Source: Podarcis gaigeae (lineage: Eukaryota). From it: a DNA stretch of 64,000 nucleotides. Shown here piece by piece: positions 35,865 through 49,260 of this stretch (position 1 is the stretch's first letter; the number at the start of each line of letters is the position of its first letter). The stretch is taken from the NCBI GenBank assembly GCA_964106915.2, contig OZ066927.1; one strand, 5' to 3'. The notes below the pieces were generated by a model that worked only from the letters and a program-made list of their open reading frames with translations, was not told the DNA's origin and did no database searches. The translations under genes were made by a program, and so were the position numbers.

Positions 35865-38800
35865 GTATAATGAAGAAAAAAACACCACATTCAGGGAAAA
35901 AGATTAACTTAATTTTTTTTCTTAAAGATTCGTCTCAAAGATGGCAACAAAGTCCAGCTTGTGCCGCCAGACGGCTTTAACCGCAAACAGCTTCGTCTGT
36001 GAACTGTTGACTACAAACATTTACCAAATACATATATTTTTTCTTATTTTAAAAAAAGCTTTTCCTTTTAAATATAGCAAAGCAGTGTTTTCTTGCACAG
36101 CAAAGTGAGGAAATTTCCCAATAATTTTTTTAAAAGTCTTTTCACATTCTAAATTTTAAACTTCTTCCCATGGTTGATTTGGCAGGAGTCATTTATGTTC
36201 CTTATTTACTATATATTTCTTGTGCGCACAGTAGACTTGTCAATGCATTAGTGTCCTTTATAGTTTAAAGGCTAAAGCATTTCCAACATGCCTTCCTTCT
36301 TTTTTAAAAAAGAGAGATACCAGGTACGAACAAGTCAGTATTGCTACGTCCACCATATGCAACATTTGACCCCAATTCTAGCAATCTGGATTTGCACAAG
36401 ATTTAATCCAATTGCAACCTTCAATTAAAATGCCATTGATTCTATTTACACTTTATTTATTTTTACTGTCACAATATTCCATGGTTCTAAAAATAAAAGG
36501 GGTGCGTGTCTTTGAATAACTTCATTGCACAAGCTGCTGTTGAATTTGCAAAAGCTGAATCTTAGCAAGACCTGTGGTACAGCCCTCTTAAAGAGCCAGT
36601 AGCACCTCAGAACCTGTTAAGGACAGAGGTTGAGATTGTCACTTCTTTGAAAGCACTTTCCGGCCCAAAGCACCCTGCATTTGAAAAGCTAACAAGCCCG
36701 GCGTGGCAGTTTCTCCCAAATAGGGAGTGTGGCACAGGAGCTCTTCCAAGCAACAATTCCCCTGACGTAGAAACCACACCATGTATTTCCCTTCGCATCT
36801 GGAATAGCTTCAAACAGTTGCCCTAAAAACCTTGGGCTTAAGGGGACTGAGAGATGTAAAGCTACTTTGGGCATAGCAAAGGACCTGCAGGTGCCCAGTG
36901 TGATTTTTCAGCAAGTTTAAATAGCACCCTCTTCTGTCTCCCCGACCTCTGCCCTGCAATGATATAGCCTAACTCCCTTCATATTGCAAAAATGGTTTTC
37001 TAAGAAGCATGAGGTACTTCTGCTCAGAAACTGGAGCTTGTTTGAGGACTCTGGCCAAAGTGGGACCCTCAAAAGCCTCTGCTGCCACATTAGCTACAAC
37101 ACTTGGGGCTGTACCCCATTGCTCTGTCTACTAGCACAAAGTTTCTGGTGCTAGCAGGTGGAATTTGATGCAGCAGCTGCGCTAGCAGAAACTTGTTGCG
37201 CAACAGACGTCGCAATCTATTGTACAACCAAATTACTAGCAACCTGCTTACGAATTCTCTTGTGCAACAACGTTTTACTAGTGCAAAACATTTCACCGGG
37301 GGGGGGGGGGAGAGAGAAGTCTACAGCTAAGTGACTTTTAACTTTGTGCCTTGCAATATTAAGGTTTTTATTCAATGGAGCAGTGCAGTGGGCCTGGGGA
37401 AGGGGGTTCATCAGTGTACCAGCCTAAAGGCATTTTGGGCCGTTATGGGGTCAGGTGCTTCAGTGCAAAATCTAGTATTTGGTACGAAGGAATAGCAAAT
37501 GACAGCATAGAAACACTGACTCGCTCCCATGCCAAAGTACAGGACAGAGCTGCACACACACACAATCCTCTGCCTTGCTGCAACTATCTTTATCTCTAGG
37601 ACCACTGTGTAAGACTTTCAAAACATCTAGAGTTACATTATTAGTGTTAATTATATAAAAAAAAGTCAGCATGTTTTGTTTTCATGATGTAAAGCTCTTT
37701 TGCAGGAGACAATGGATAGGACCTGATCCTGGAACAAGGAGATTAGCTGAGAGTTAACAGTCTGACTCGAAGAACTGATTATTATTATTTCTTTAAGAAA
37801 GAAAGAAAGAAAATTGGCTGGCTCGATTCAAGTACAAAGCCCAAACTATATCTTTTTCTTTTTTAACGGGGAAAAAAGTTGATGTAACTCGTTACAAACC
37901 TGCATAGGAATAAGAGACTATTGGGATACAGTCAGCAAAGCCATCTCATTAAGGCACACAAGAAATCAGACAGTAAATGTGAAATGAAGAACTCCCATTC
38001 AAATGTACAGCAAAGTTCATGTAGGTGCATAAATAGTGCAGGAGAATCATACCAATCTGAAGCATCAAAAGGATCTATGAAGTGGTGGTGTGGTTTCTGT
38101 GTTAAGTGTGATTTTTTTTTGGGGGGGGGGGAGGAAGCTGACAGACCACTGGGACGTTTTCTGCTCTACCCTATCCGGACAGAAGTAACACTACCTAGTG
38201 TGCATTAGTTCCTCAAAATGCTTCTAAGAAAGAGAGATCCTAGAAGCTTATGCATTTACAGAACCCTTAATGAAAACTAAATCGGAGCCAGCTATAAAGC
38301 ACATAATCCACCACCAGTTTGTACAGTTTTTACATAAGGTGGGGAAGAATTATAGGTGAAATGAGTTATACAGGGCATAGTTTTGTCCATACCTTGCTTA
38401 TCTTTAAAAATAAATAACTAAGGCAGCCACTTGAGGATATATTACAGAAAAAAATAAATTGAGCTTCCATTCAACTCTTGGTTCTTGCTTAGTTTTATTG
38501 ATATTTTGCCAAAAGTTAGAGAGAGTTTAGGTTGTTTTAAATCCTGATTTCTAGGTAACAAAGGCTTTACTTTCTCCTATAATAGGTTAAGGGCTTTGGG
38601 GGGGGGGGGGGTTCAGCTACTGCATGCGTTACTTTGGCATGCACGGCCAATGTATGCTCATTAAGACCAAGCCAAATGCAACAGTAGATTAACTTTGTGC
38701 ACCTGTTTTTGCTTTATTATAGATTTTGTATTCTCATTTTGTATTTTTCGGTTGTGAACCGCCCTGGGCTCTTCGGATGAAGGGTGGTATGCAAATTTAA

Positions 38801-38931
38801 TAAAGAATAATAATAATAAATATCAATGGGAGCATTTCTCCTAATGCAAACAGCAGCTTTGGAAGAGTCAAGAACTACAACAGGAGAGAGAGGTTTAAAA
38901 TTCTACCTCTACCAATTTGAATGCTTTAAAA

Positions 38932-39356
38932 CAGGGGTTCCCAAACTGCGGCCCATGGGCCAGAAGAAGTCCATGGAGGCCGTTTAACCAGCCCATGAGC
39001 CACCCCCGAACCAAGCCACCCGCTAGGCGAGCCCCCATGTGCTACACTAAACCAGCACAGTGCGGCGCAGGGACTCTCTTCCGTGGCTCCAGAAATCGCT
39101 TCTGTGCATGTCTGCAGTACCGGAAATCGCTTCTGCGCAGGCGTGATTTTCGGTGTCTGGGCATGCGCAGAAACGATTTCTGGTGCCACAGCCATGTGCA
39201 GGCGTGATTTTCGGTGTCTGGGCATGCGCAGAAACAATTTCCGGCATCACGGACATGCACAGATGTGAGTTCCTGCGTCGCACTGCACCAGCCCAGCCCA
39301 AGGAGGATCTCCACGGAGCGATCTGGCCCATGCCCAGTAAGCCTTGCCGACCCCTG
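38932..39356. mobile_element. hAT non-autonomous element with internal ~61-bp tandem repeat
   Basis: CAGGGGT...ACCCCTG termini; exact 8-bp TSD CTTTAAAA at 38924-38931 and 39357-39364; gcaggcgtgattttcggtgtctgggcatgcgcagaaac repeated at ~39137 and ~39198. Confidence 0.9.
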
Positions 39357-41610
39357 CTTTAAAACGCGTGCACATCAAAATGCAAGGACACGTTCAACAC
39401 CATATCTAGTTTGGCCCTAAAGATGTAGCATGTACATATTCAAATATGCATCACAAAACATGCTTGGTTATGTAAACATGCCACAGGGATCTGCTGGCCT
39501 ACTGTCGTTCCCTGCAGTTAGATGTTTCAGAAAACGTGTTGCTTCCACAGGCATGAGAAGCAGAGCTCTCAAGCTGCGATTGTAGAATCAGAGCCCCCTA
39601 CCCCCCCACACATGCAAAGCACTGACCAGCCACATCACCTGAGGTGGTGCTGTATTTAAAGGATACCGAGCATTAAGAAAAGGAAACTTCTGAAACACTT
39701 TGTCCCCAACCCACACACCACTTCAAAACCCTTTTATTTTTTGCTTCTGATGTATGTTTCTGCTACTTCAGCATGAACAATAAGATAATCTCCCCCACCC
39801 CCAAAGAGGCAGTTTTAAAATAACAGGTTGTAACCACCTTAATTCTACTCAGGATAGACCCACTGAAATTAGTTGACTTTTAACTCAGCCATGTCAATTT
39901 CAAATCAGTCAACTCCGAGTATGATTAACCTTGGCAACAACCCACAGCCTTTAACCCCCCCCCCCCAATGCATTTTATTTTCTATTTATGCAGGATGAAC
40001 TTAACACCAGGTTTTCTGGATGGGATTGGAAGGGTGGGTATCACTTTGCTATCTATATACATATATTTATATATGTATATATACATATATGTATATATAT
40101 ATTTATAAAATGTATTATGAAGCCTTACCATACAGCACAAAAATGTTTTAACACACATTCACCACCAGTGAGTGGGGAACGGCCCCTTTTTAAAACACCC
40201 TCTGAAAAAATCTGGATAATATTAATTAAAATCCAAAAGGAAGTACAGTATATTGAACAAAATAGTAAATATTAAACAGTGAATACTCTACTTAATAAGG
40301 ACCTCGCCTTTTTTTTTCTTCAAGTTGGCGTCAATCCACAAAAATATACTTTTTTAATCTGGCGAACGTACAATACATAGGTACTTACACCAAAAGGTGA
40401 TAATATATTTAAGATGCTATATACACAAAGTTTGGCTCAAATTTTAAATTTACATATAGAATAATAAGTATTCATGGCTTATTTTTCCCCAAGGTTCTGC
40501 CTGCAAGATTTTTTTTCCTTCCTCCCCTAAAAACAAAAGACCAAAAAAATAGACAATCAAAAAACAAAACTATATTCTACAAAAAAAAAAAAAGCGTGAC
40601 ACCATACAGCTTTGGCTTATATAAATAATTCATAGCAGAATGTGTTCAAAAGTACTGTATATAACTTTCTATATAGTCTTAGAGAAGGGTATGGTTTCTT
40701 TAATAAAAAATATACACAAGCTAAAATTGTTTTTCTCTATTTTTTTAAAAAGGTAGGAGGAACGTAAGAAAGATTTCAAACATTTTCCAATTATAACTTA
40801 ATATATTAAAATTTTCTTTATGGACTATCTTCTAGTCTAATATCTTTTGAATATTCCATGCACGTTCTTTGTGTCTCTCTTTCACACTTGGTAAAAGGAA
40901 AAAGGGGGGGGGGACCCTTAATTTGACCCAGTATAGTTTTGCACGTGCAAATACAGGTGTTGGGGGTTTCTTGTTTTGTTTTCAACATTGCCAGCCCTTC
41001 TCCATGCACCCTTTCGTAAGAGAGAGAGACCCATGCTTGATTGGGTAATATAAAGGTCATTCTATGTACAGTATTGCTTTCTTTTTCTACGGCTCTGCTG
41101 CTACAAAGCGTACTCTTAACTACAGGGGACAGTACGGCTGTTGGAAAACACACACACACAGGAACACGACTACAGGCGAGCCCTCACGCCTCGGCCATCT
41201 AGTTTGGTAGATTACATACGGGTACGACATTTATTTTGCAAAACAGGTTACATTATTCAAGGAGCAAAGTCCAGGTTAAGTGCCAGACTAGACCAATACC
41301 TAGAAAGGGTTCTTTTCTGTTATACTGTGTTTTAAAAACCACGGGGCATCTGCAGCTATAGGAGGAGTTGGTATTTAAGTGCCTGCTGATTTTGTGTGTG
41401 AGGGAGAGAAAGAGAGAGTATGTGTGCCTTGCTTCACACACTCACACATGTATATGTATACAAAGATATATATATTTATATATATGCATGTATGTATATA
41501 CATATAAATATTTATTTCATGTCCTTATTTATAAATTTAGATATGTCAGGACTGTTCATTGGGATAACTCAAAAGTAGAAACGGAAGGGAGAAAAGGGAG
41601 AATGGGAAGC

Positions 41611-41965
41611 TTATGTCACCCAAGTATCCATTCTCATCCGCTTTACGGTCGGGCTCTCTCTGTCTTCTGAATTGGGGGGCCTTCCCAGTCCAACCGGCGA
41701 GTGGAAGTCACTCCTCGGGTCCTCCCGGTCGCTGCCATCGTACGAACTGCTGGAGCTACTGAGACTGTCGACGGGAGAGCGGCCCATGTCCTGACGTGAT
41801 TGTTGCTGAGGTTGCTGCTGTTGCTGTTGCTGCTGCTGCTGCTGCTGCTGGAACGCGGATGGGGTCACTCGGTCTCGAGGAGGCGAAATTGGCTCGGACT
41901 TGATGTTAATGTTTTGGTTGGTGTTAATAGATAAGTTGGAACCCTGAGATAACTGGCTTCCAGTC
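41611..41965 (-). CDS. MEF2A: MEF2A last coding exon (gamma region, PDSM SUMO motif, polyQ, NLS)
   Basis: Acceptor ttttttactag (AG at 41967-41966); phase 2. Encodes [39 protein letters not shown]13[69 protein letters not shown]. Length 355 = 1 + 118 codons. Confidence 0.97.
41812..41850 (-). repeat. Coding CAG/CAA repeat (Q13) in MEF2A
   Basis: (CAG)7 CAA CAG CAA CAG CAG CAA on the minus strand. Confidence 0.95.
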
Positions 41966-43811
41966 CTAGTAAAAAATTCAAACCGGAGGTGGGGTGGGAG
42001 GAGAAAAGCAGTGTTATTTAGAGGGCTTCACAGAGATGAGCTATAAGCAAGGCACAGCCCCGCCACCCAAACTTTCAGAAAGGCAAACACAAAAGGAAAT
42101 GGCAGGGGGGAAAGGAAAAGCAGCAACGCTGGACAAGACTGAGAACAAATCTGGCTGCATGTACGCAGGTTTTAAAATACCCTTCTGTTCCAAAAGACAA
42201 TGGGCTAGTTTGCAGGCAAGGCTAAACTATGGCTTGGCATTACATGCCTGAGCCTCTGAATGCCCCCACCCTCAAGGCTCCTTCCCCTTCCCTTTCCACC
42301 ATGTGACCAGAAAGACAAGCACATAGAGATTTCGTTCTGCTTTCCCCAATTTCTGGCTTGCTGGTATGTTTGAACAGGAAGTGTGGTTTAAAAAATAAAC
42401 TCTAGTATGTTAAAACAAGTCAAGGTTTGAAGTCAGCTTATTTTGCAACTGACCAACGCATTCCTCCTGGTTGTGCAGGAAGAGGGCTGTAGCTCAGTGG
42501 TAGAGCATCTGTTTTGCATCTGTTTTGCATGCAAAAGGTCCCAGGTTTAAATCCCAGCACCTACATGTTTCTTTAATTTCTTTTATTCAACAAAATTTAT
42601 ATACTGCTAGCATGTAAGGAAAACCTCTGAAGTAGAGTTGGGAATGTCCCTTGCTTGAAACCCTGGAGAGCCATTGCCAGTTGGTGAAGACATTGACCTA
42701 GATGGACCAGCAGCCTGTCTCATTATAAGACAGCTTCCTATATTCTATGAGGGGAGGTGGGAGTTTTTGAGTCCAAGGCTTTGATGAGACTCACAGAGGC
42801 TATTGCACCTAACCCTAAGTCATTGTTTAGCATTGCATGCAAACCAGGCCAATTGCTATGCACAACAGGTGTTCATGCACCACCCAGATTTATGATGCTG
42901 AGATAGTCCAGAACAGTGCATTATTATCCAACCAATGGAGCAAGATTTATATACCACTTAATTAAAAAAAATTATTAAGCGGTTTACATAAAATACTCAT
43001 TAAATAGATAAAAACAGACTTTAAAAACAGCACACTATAAAATTTATCAAAATATAGATACAATCAACAGTTTTAAAAACAGGTGTATGTAATAAAATAA
43101 TGTTGCCCTTCAGTGTTTTAGCCACTACAGAACAAGCTACACTGCTGCAATCCAAAACAACCCACCTAGTCAACTGCCAGGAGCAGCTCCCAACATAGAG
43201 GGTGCAGAGGGTGCCTGAGATCACTCATTCCCCAGTCTGCTTAATGAAACTGTCATGAAGGACAATTAAAAAACCCCAAGTTTGTACATGACTAATACAG
43301 CACTTTTAAGTGCTGCTGTTCCTTCAATTCAGTAATAGAGGCCTGAGTGCTCAGATCGGCAATCCATTTAGAGCCATATGCACAAGCTCTAAGTGTGCGG
43401 CCTAGTTGCTGGCAACCCCTCTGCTTAGTTTATTCATGGTCAACTCAGTTTCATTTGTATTGGAGTATTTATTCAAATGAAGTGAAGGTTAAAATATCAC
43501 TATTTGCAGGGTGGGGAAGGTCCACTGGACAATGAATGCACAAGCAGGAGCAGAAGGATTCCCCTACAAAATAACCTTCCAAGCCCACTGAGTTGCAAAA
43601 CACCTACAAGTCACTAATCAGTATGTACACTGAGGCAGCTACCCATGTATACCCAACCCACTCAAAGTTAAGTGTTAAAGAACATTGTGCCTAACCAAAT
43701 AGGGCCAAGTCTGAGCTTGTGGGCTAAATGGAAGAGGTGCCTAGTTGGGTGTAACTTAGCAAAGGCTGCCAATCCTCCAGGGAATGGGGGCGGGAGTGTG
43801 TTCCCACTTAC

Positions 43812-43938
43812 ACAAGGGAGCTGAGGGCTGCTTGTCCTAGATGATGCTGTTGCCAGGCAGATACTTGTCCTAATGACAGCATTCCTGGGGAGTTAAAACC
43901 CTGCAGGGCCGACAGGTCTGCACTAGTCAAGGAATAAT
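43812..43938 (-). CDS. MEF2A: MEF2A penultimate coding exon (not in ORF track)
   Basis: ttcctttcag|AT TAT TCC... encodes (D)YSLTSADLSALQGFNSPGMLSLGQVSAWQQHHLGQAALSSL(V); donor GT|gtaagt. 127 nt, phases 1 to 2, consistent with both neighbours. Confidence 0.96.
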
Positions 43939-46900
43939 CTGAAAGGAAGAAAGGAGCAAGAAAGGGGGGGGGGAATTATTTGTACCATGTATTCATCAGA
44001 AAGTGTAAGTTACAGATTCATGGGCTGACACCAGCCAGCACCGTGGTGAGGACAGGCATTTGAATCCATGACAACTCCCTCAGGCACACTATGGCAGAAT
44101 GGCTTTGAGCCTGGTTTGGAAGACTGTGATCTTAAAACTGCTAACTTCACCTCAAGACCCCAAGGGCAAATTTTCTCTATACCATTATTAAAAAGTGTAA
44201 TTCATACATGCTCCCCATTCAAGTGACTCTCAAGGCTAGGCCCAAAGAGAACTAATGGCTCTAAAGCTGATTTCCCCCCTCTATGTCCCTGTATAATCCA
44301 CTCAAAAGAAAATGGACAAATGTAGCCCTTTTCTTTCTTCTCTCTCTCTTCACCTAGTCTCCTATGTAGTGCTAAATGGCTCAGGTCAGGGTGAGTCCCA
44401 AATCTGAGCTTTTTTTATTGCTATATTGCAGGGGCGGATAGGTCTGGTTCTGGAGAGGGAGACAGGTGTGCTTTCAATTTTACTGCCTCCAGAAACATTC
44501 CTATATAGCATAGCAAGAGGGATTGCGCTCACAACATCCTCGTAAACTTAACCTGCCTCTCCAGGATTCTTACTATAAGTCTGAAAGAGCCAACTTCCTT
44601 CTTCTTCCTCCCCTGAACTGCTCTCAAACATACACTTAACTGATAAGACTCACACAGTCTGCTGATTTCTGCTACCTTTGGACAATCCCTGCCCCTTGCT
44701 AGCCACATTCTCGAAGTCCTGGGACCTGACAGATGTTTTGAGGGCAGTTTGGGGATTTTAAATGTTCTTTTTCTTTTCTTTTAACATCCATTGGCTACTA
44801 AGCTCACTAATCGAGACAAATAAAAAAGCATACACAAATAAATTAGGCTATTAAAATTTCAATAAAACCACAAACACATTGTAATAAAAACACTTCCAAG
44901 GTACAAACTTTCTGCATGCCAAAGTTACTCCCCAAGAATGCAGAAACAGCTGCCTAGTTTTGGGGTCCCCCTGGTTTCACTTCCAAACTGATAGGCACTC
45001 AACCACCTGAATTCACTGTCAGATTCACTGTTAAAGTGCATGATGAAATCTACAGCTTTAAAACCAGCACTTTGCAACCCCTGCAAGTTCATGGCAAGCG
45101 AAACTAGTAAGGAATGTTATTCGGACAATGAAATTTGGTAAGGCAGAAATCCATTCTACACCAGCAAAAGTTGCAAATGCTGATTTGAAAGGAGAAACTC
45201 CAACATCAGTCTCCAAGTAGCATGGATTTTACATCAAACTCATTCCTTGGAAGCTATGAGATTGGTTCAAAGGGGACTCTCCCAAGTTACTTGTGGCTTT
45301 GTCTCATGTCCTTTTGGTTTCCAAAGCATATTGCTACCATCTTTCCAGACTACAGTGCCATCAAAACAAAAGGCAAAATAAACCCCCCACCATTAATTCT
45401 GCTGTTATTTTCGCTCTTGGGGGATGAATGCTGAAACACTGTCAGGAGCTGTGAGCCTGTGCATGACAGTCTCTTATCTGCTTTCAGCTGGCAAGTCAAA
45501 GTACAAGAATCCTTGATAGAATTTATATACCAAAAATGAATTCTAGGTGCACATTCATAAGGAAGGGAAGAATGCTGGAATTAACAGCAAGCTCCCATGG
45601 ACAGCATAACAAAGACTGAAGAACTGCATGTTACCTGTCTTTTTCTTTTTTTTTAGACCCATTTTTCATTTTACGTGCTGCGAAGTGGCTGACTCAAACA
45701 GTTGAAGGCAAAAACATCTCTCTCAAAAGTTGCATGAATGCAGCATGCAAAACTAAACCTCTATGTTCTTGACCAATTAGATATTTGAGTTTTAAATATA
45801 GGATATATAGTACTTAGAGTGTTATCACTACTGATTCACACATAAGAAGTTATTTCAGTTCATAATTATCACTTGTTTTTCCTTTGAATTTGGAAAGAGA
45901 GCTGTAAAAGCTTTTCTACACTTAATCACGTTCTAATACAGCTTTATATATGCTCTACCCTCTTGGGGGGAAAAGGAGATAAAAGTGTGTTCCCGTGAGA
46001 CAGATACAATTTTCATCTCCGGGTGGTTTTTTTAATCCATAAATTATCATCTAGGATATCAAAGACTGAAGTCAAGAGAACTTCCTTGGACTTCAAGAAC
46101 ACTTGAGTATGCAAAATCAATCCAAAAATCATAATGCATGTTGCTTTTGTCTCTGTTTATTATTATTATTATTATTATTATTATGTTTTCATCTTGTCTT
46201 TTTATGTTGTGAAGCGCCCTGTGATCAGATAAAAAAGGTGGTATACAAATTTAATAAATAAAATAAATGTAAGTCAGAGACATCTTTTCAATTAGGTCTG
46301 AATGTTCATGAAAGAGGTTTGAGCATCTAATAGGGCCTAGAGCACTTTTAAGAGAGGTCAAAGTCCTTCAATTATATTTTAACAGGAGCTTCTAGGGATT
46401 GAATCGTCTTTGAGATACAGCAGTTTAAACCTCAGATGCTTGATTACGCACTCTCCAAGTGCTCATCCCTGCAAATTTGCCGTGCCAGCAAGTAGGTGAT
46501 TAGGATAAGACACACCAACTGCTGTGCCAACACAATGTCAAAGGAGTCCAATATGACATTGCCATAGATGCTTGAGTTCCTATAGCAAAAACAGGGTGGA
46601 TGGGACCTCCCAGTGACCACACCAAATGCTTAACAAGGTCCTGGGTTATTATTTGTAAAGACAGGCTTTGTTTTATTTTCTGGGGTCTCCTCACTGCTTG
46701 CTTTTTACCAACAAGACTTAACGTATTTTTTGCTCTATAAGGCTAATTTTTTCCCTCCTAAAAAGTAAGGGGAAATGTGTGTGCGTCTTATGGAGTGAAT
46801 GCAGGCTGCGCAGCTATCCCAGAAGTCAGAACAGCAAGAGGGAGTGCTGCTTTCACTGCGCAGTGATCCCTCTTGCTGTTCTGGCTTCTGAAATTCAGAA

Positions 46901-47500
46901 TATTTTTTTTCTTGTTTTCCTCCTCCAAAAACTAGGTGCATCTTGTGGTCTGGTGTGTCTTATGGATCAAAAAATATGGTGTTTTGTTTTTAACTTCAAG
47001 ATTTCACAACGCAGCTATGACAGCTTGCTACAGAAATGTCTGCACATTAGATATTGATAAGTTCAGGGACTATGTCAAACTATCATGATTTAAATTAAAA
47101 CAACTATCTAGCATACTTCAGAAAAATGTTTAAAAGGGAAAAAAGAACACTGGCAATATATAGCTGCCTCGGAGATTTGAACAGCTGGCCAACATATTAC
47201 ACAGAATGAAGTGGCAGAATTCTGGAGTGTACCACTTTGGACTGCAAGTGAGGCAGGTCATATTCTCAACTATAGAACACCCCCCACAGGGAACCTTCCA
47301 TGGTGCCTACTACTTTGCAGGCAAATAACTTTTAATTTCACTGGCATTTAAACTCTTAGCTTTTCAAATTTAAAGCATTTAAAAGACCATTAAGTTTTTG
47401 TTTATTGGAGTTTTAAATCTTGTGTTATTCTCAGTGACGTCTCCCCCCAAAAAAACCAAAACCCAGGGGAGAAGGGAGAGCAAACAAGTGAATAGCTTAC

Positions 47501-47627
47501 CAGTGTTGTAAGCTGTAGGCATTGCAGAGTACACCAATCCTTGTGGGGGCAAGCTTGGAGTTGTCACAGACACAACTGGTGTTGCAAGAGGCTGTGTAGA
47601 CTGAGAGCTGCTTAACCGCTGTGTGTT
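47501..47627 (-). CDS. MEF2A: MEF2A coding exon (transactivation domain with p38-type TP sites)
   Basis: ttttttacag|NTQRLSSSQSTQPLATPVVSVTTPSLPPQGLVYSAMPTAYNT(D)|gtaagc. 127 nt, phases 0 to 1. Confidence 0.96.
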
Positions 47628-48678
47628 CTGTAAAAAATTTTTTTTAACAAAAACATAGAACCCAGTTAAGGCAAATCCACAATGAAATTTAATCACAGGT
47701 TGAGGCAACCTCTTCCATGTCTAGTGTAATATTTCTTGAAAGCCAAGACAAACCATCAGAGAGAGGGAAATGTAAACCTTTTTCTGAGCCACTGTCATTC
47801 AGAGGGGAGAGTGCTGGGATGTAATGACTAACCTAGGACCAGTCACACTCAACTCCATATGAGCATTCTGTAAAATGGAGCATAAGAGGTAAGGCCATAA
47901 GTAGTACTAGATGAAGTAATATACCATGCATTGTGTGCAGGATTATCAACCCAACTGCACCAAAAGGAGATTGTGCACACACCACAAAATAAATGCAACT
48001 CTCCAAAGTCACCCCCCTCGCTAGTAATATGCCTTGTCAAAGAAGAGTTTCTACAGATGATACAAAACTAGTTCAGGTCCACATGTCAGAAGCTGAGAGG
48101 GCTTGAATTTGTTTGGTTTCTTTGGTCAAGGTGCAATGGAGTGGGTTGGGGGGGACGGGAATTGCTGAGAAAAATGGAGCTGTCTAAGCAACTGAATTTC
48201 AAGACTGAAAAATCTAGCTCTGCAATAAGCTAAACCCAATAAGCAGGTCAGGAAGCTGCCCGAGGTGCTAGATTTCAAGAGAGGCCAGGCTACTCGGCAA
48301 AACCTACGGTGAGCTGGTGTGTGGGGTAAAGAGGAAGAGAGAAATATGTAGCAGCCTCTGCCACTACAATCTGGGACAGTACTGTATTATCTCCCCCTAT
48401 TATCTTCCCAATTGCAGCCCTTTCCACCTGCTCTACTCATTTATGCAGCACAGGGAGGGTGGAGAGGTCCGGTCAGGAAAACCCTTGCGAAGACCTTACA
48501 ATCCCTATTCCCTGTCTAGAAAAAGGCATGGTATGGAGAAAGCACACTGAAATATTTGCCTAGAGCAGCAATATAGCCTGAGCTACCTTCAACTTGTATG
48601 ACAAACGTATGACCTAGTTGCTTGGAGGAGGTATTTTCTCCAACTAACTGCATACTTCCCTGCAGGATGCAACTCGCA

Positions 48679-48693
48679 CCACCAGAGGGCAAC
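48679..48693 (+). promoter_or_regulatory. Candidate CTCF site in a MEF2A intron
   Basis: CCACCAGAGGGCA matches the core CCASYAGRKGGCR; a TGCAG upstream-module-like sequence lies at 48661. Confidence 0.45.
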
Positions 48694-49260
48694 CCTCTCC
48701 TATGGCTTGCATACTTGAAACCACTCTTTGCCCTTGTCTATTGAAATTGAGAGCTACTTCAGCGTTGCACTTTTGACAGGTTGCAAGATTTAGCACAGTC
48801 ACACACACACCCAACGCAAACAGTGCAATTCTGATGGAAGGAGAATGTATGGATGTAACAAATAAGCACAGAGCACAATAAAGGCAACACTGGATGCTTA
48901 AACGGAATTAAAATAAGCATGCGTCTCCTTTGAGTGGTTTGGGGGTGCGGTGCAGATACACACCAAGTCTCATGTGTATGTGCTCAAATGTTATAAAATG
49001 TAAAAGCAGCCTTCAGCTAGATGACCAGGACTGCAGACTGAGTTTGAACCTTGTAAGCAAAGCAGTAGATGCCTTGCCTGCATTTTATGCATTCATTATT
49101 TGAAATAGGAGGCTTTAACGGGAAACTCATCATCATACTAGAAATGCTTCAAATTAATTCAAGGAACATCTTCCGTATTTATGTAATGCTTCATCACAAC
49201 AGTTCAAGGGAAAGCATCTAAGCTGTGGATCTCATTCTTGAGAGGCAGGAGAAGCAAGCA

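Larger units (their letters stand above)
35840..41610 (-). other. MEF2A: MEF2A 3'UTR (long isoform, ~5.8 kb)
   Basis: Runs from the stop codon (41611) to the distal AATAAA. AU-rich blocks at 40000-41600 and 35860-36550; a proximal AATAAA at 41230-41235. Confidence 0.65.

Noticed and set aside
38917-39420. Cluster of seven overlapping ORFs with repeated peptides
   Set aside because: An artefact of a GC-rich, internally repeated hAT MITE. It is not coding and not a CRISPR-like array.
41868-41885. Possible MEF2C-style gamma-minus alternative acceptor in the last exon
   Set aside because: The Arg codon after SPP is CGA, not AGA. The only nearby AG would shift the frame, consistent with MEF2A including gamma constitutively.
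42484-42560. tRNA-like sequence GGGCTGTAGCTCAGTGGTAGAGC...GGTTTAAATCCC (also at 12754, 28731, 31641)
   Set aside because: These are SINE heads. They continue into a shared SINE body, lack a clean cloverleaf, and this copy has an internal duplication (gcatctgtttt twice).
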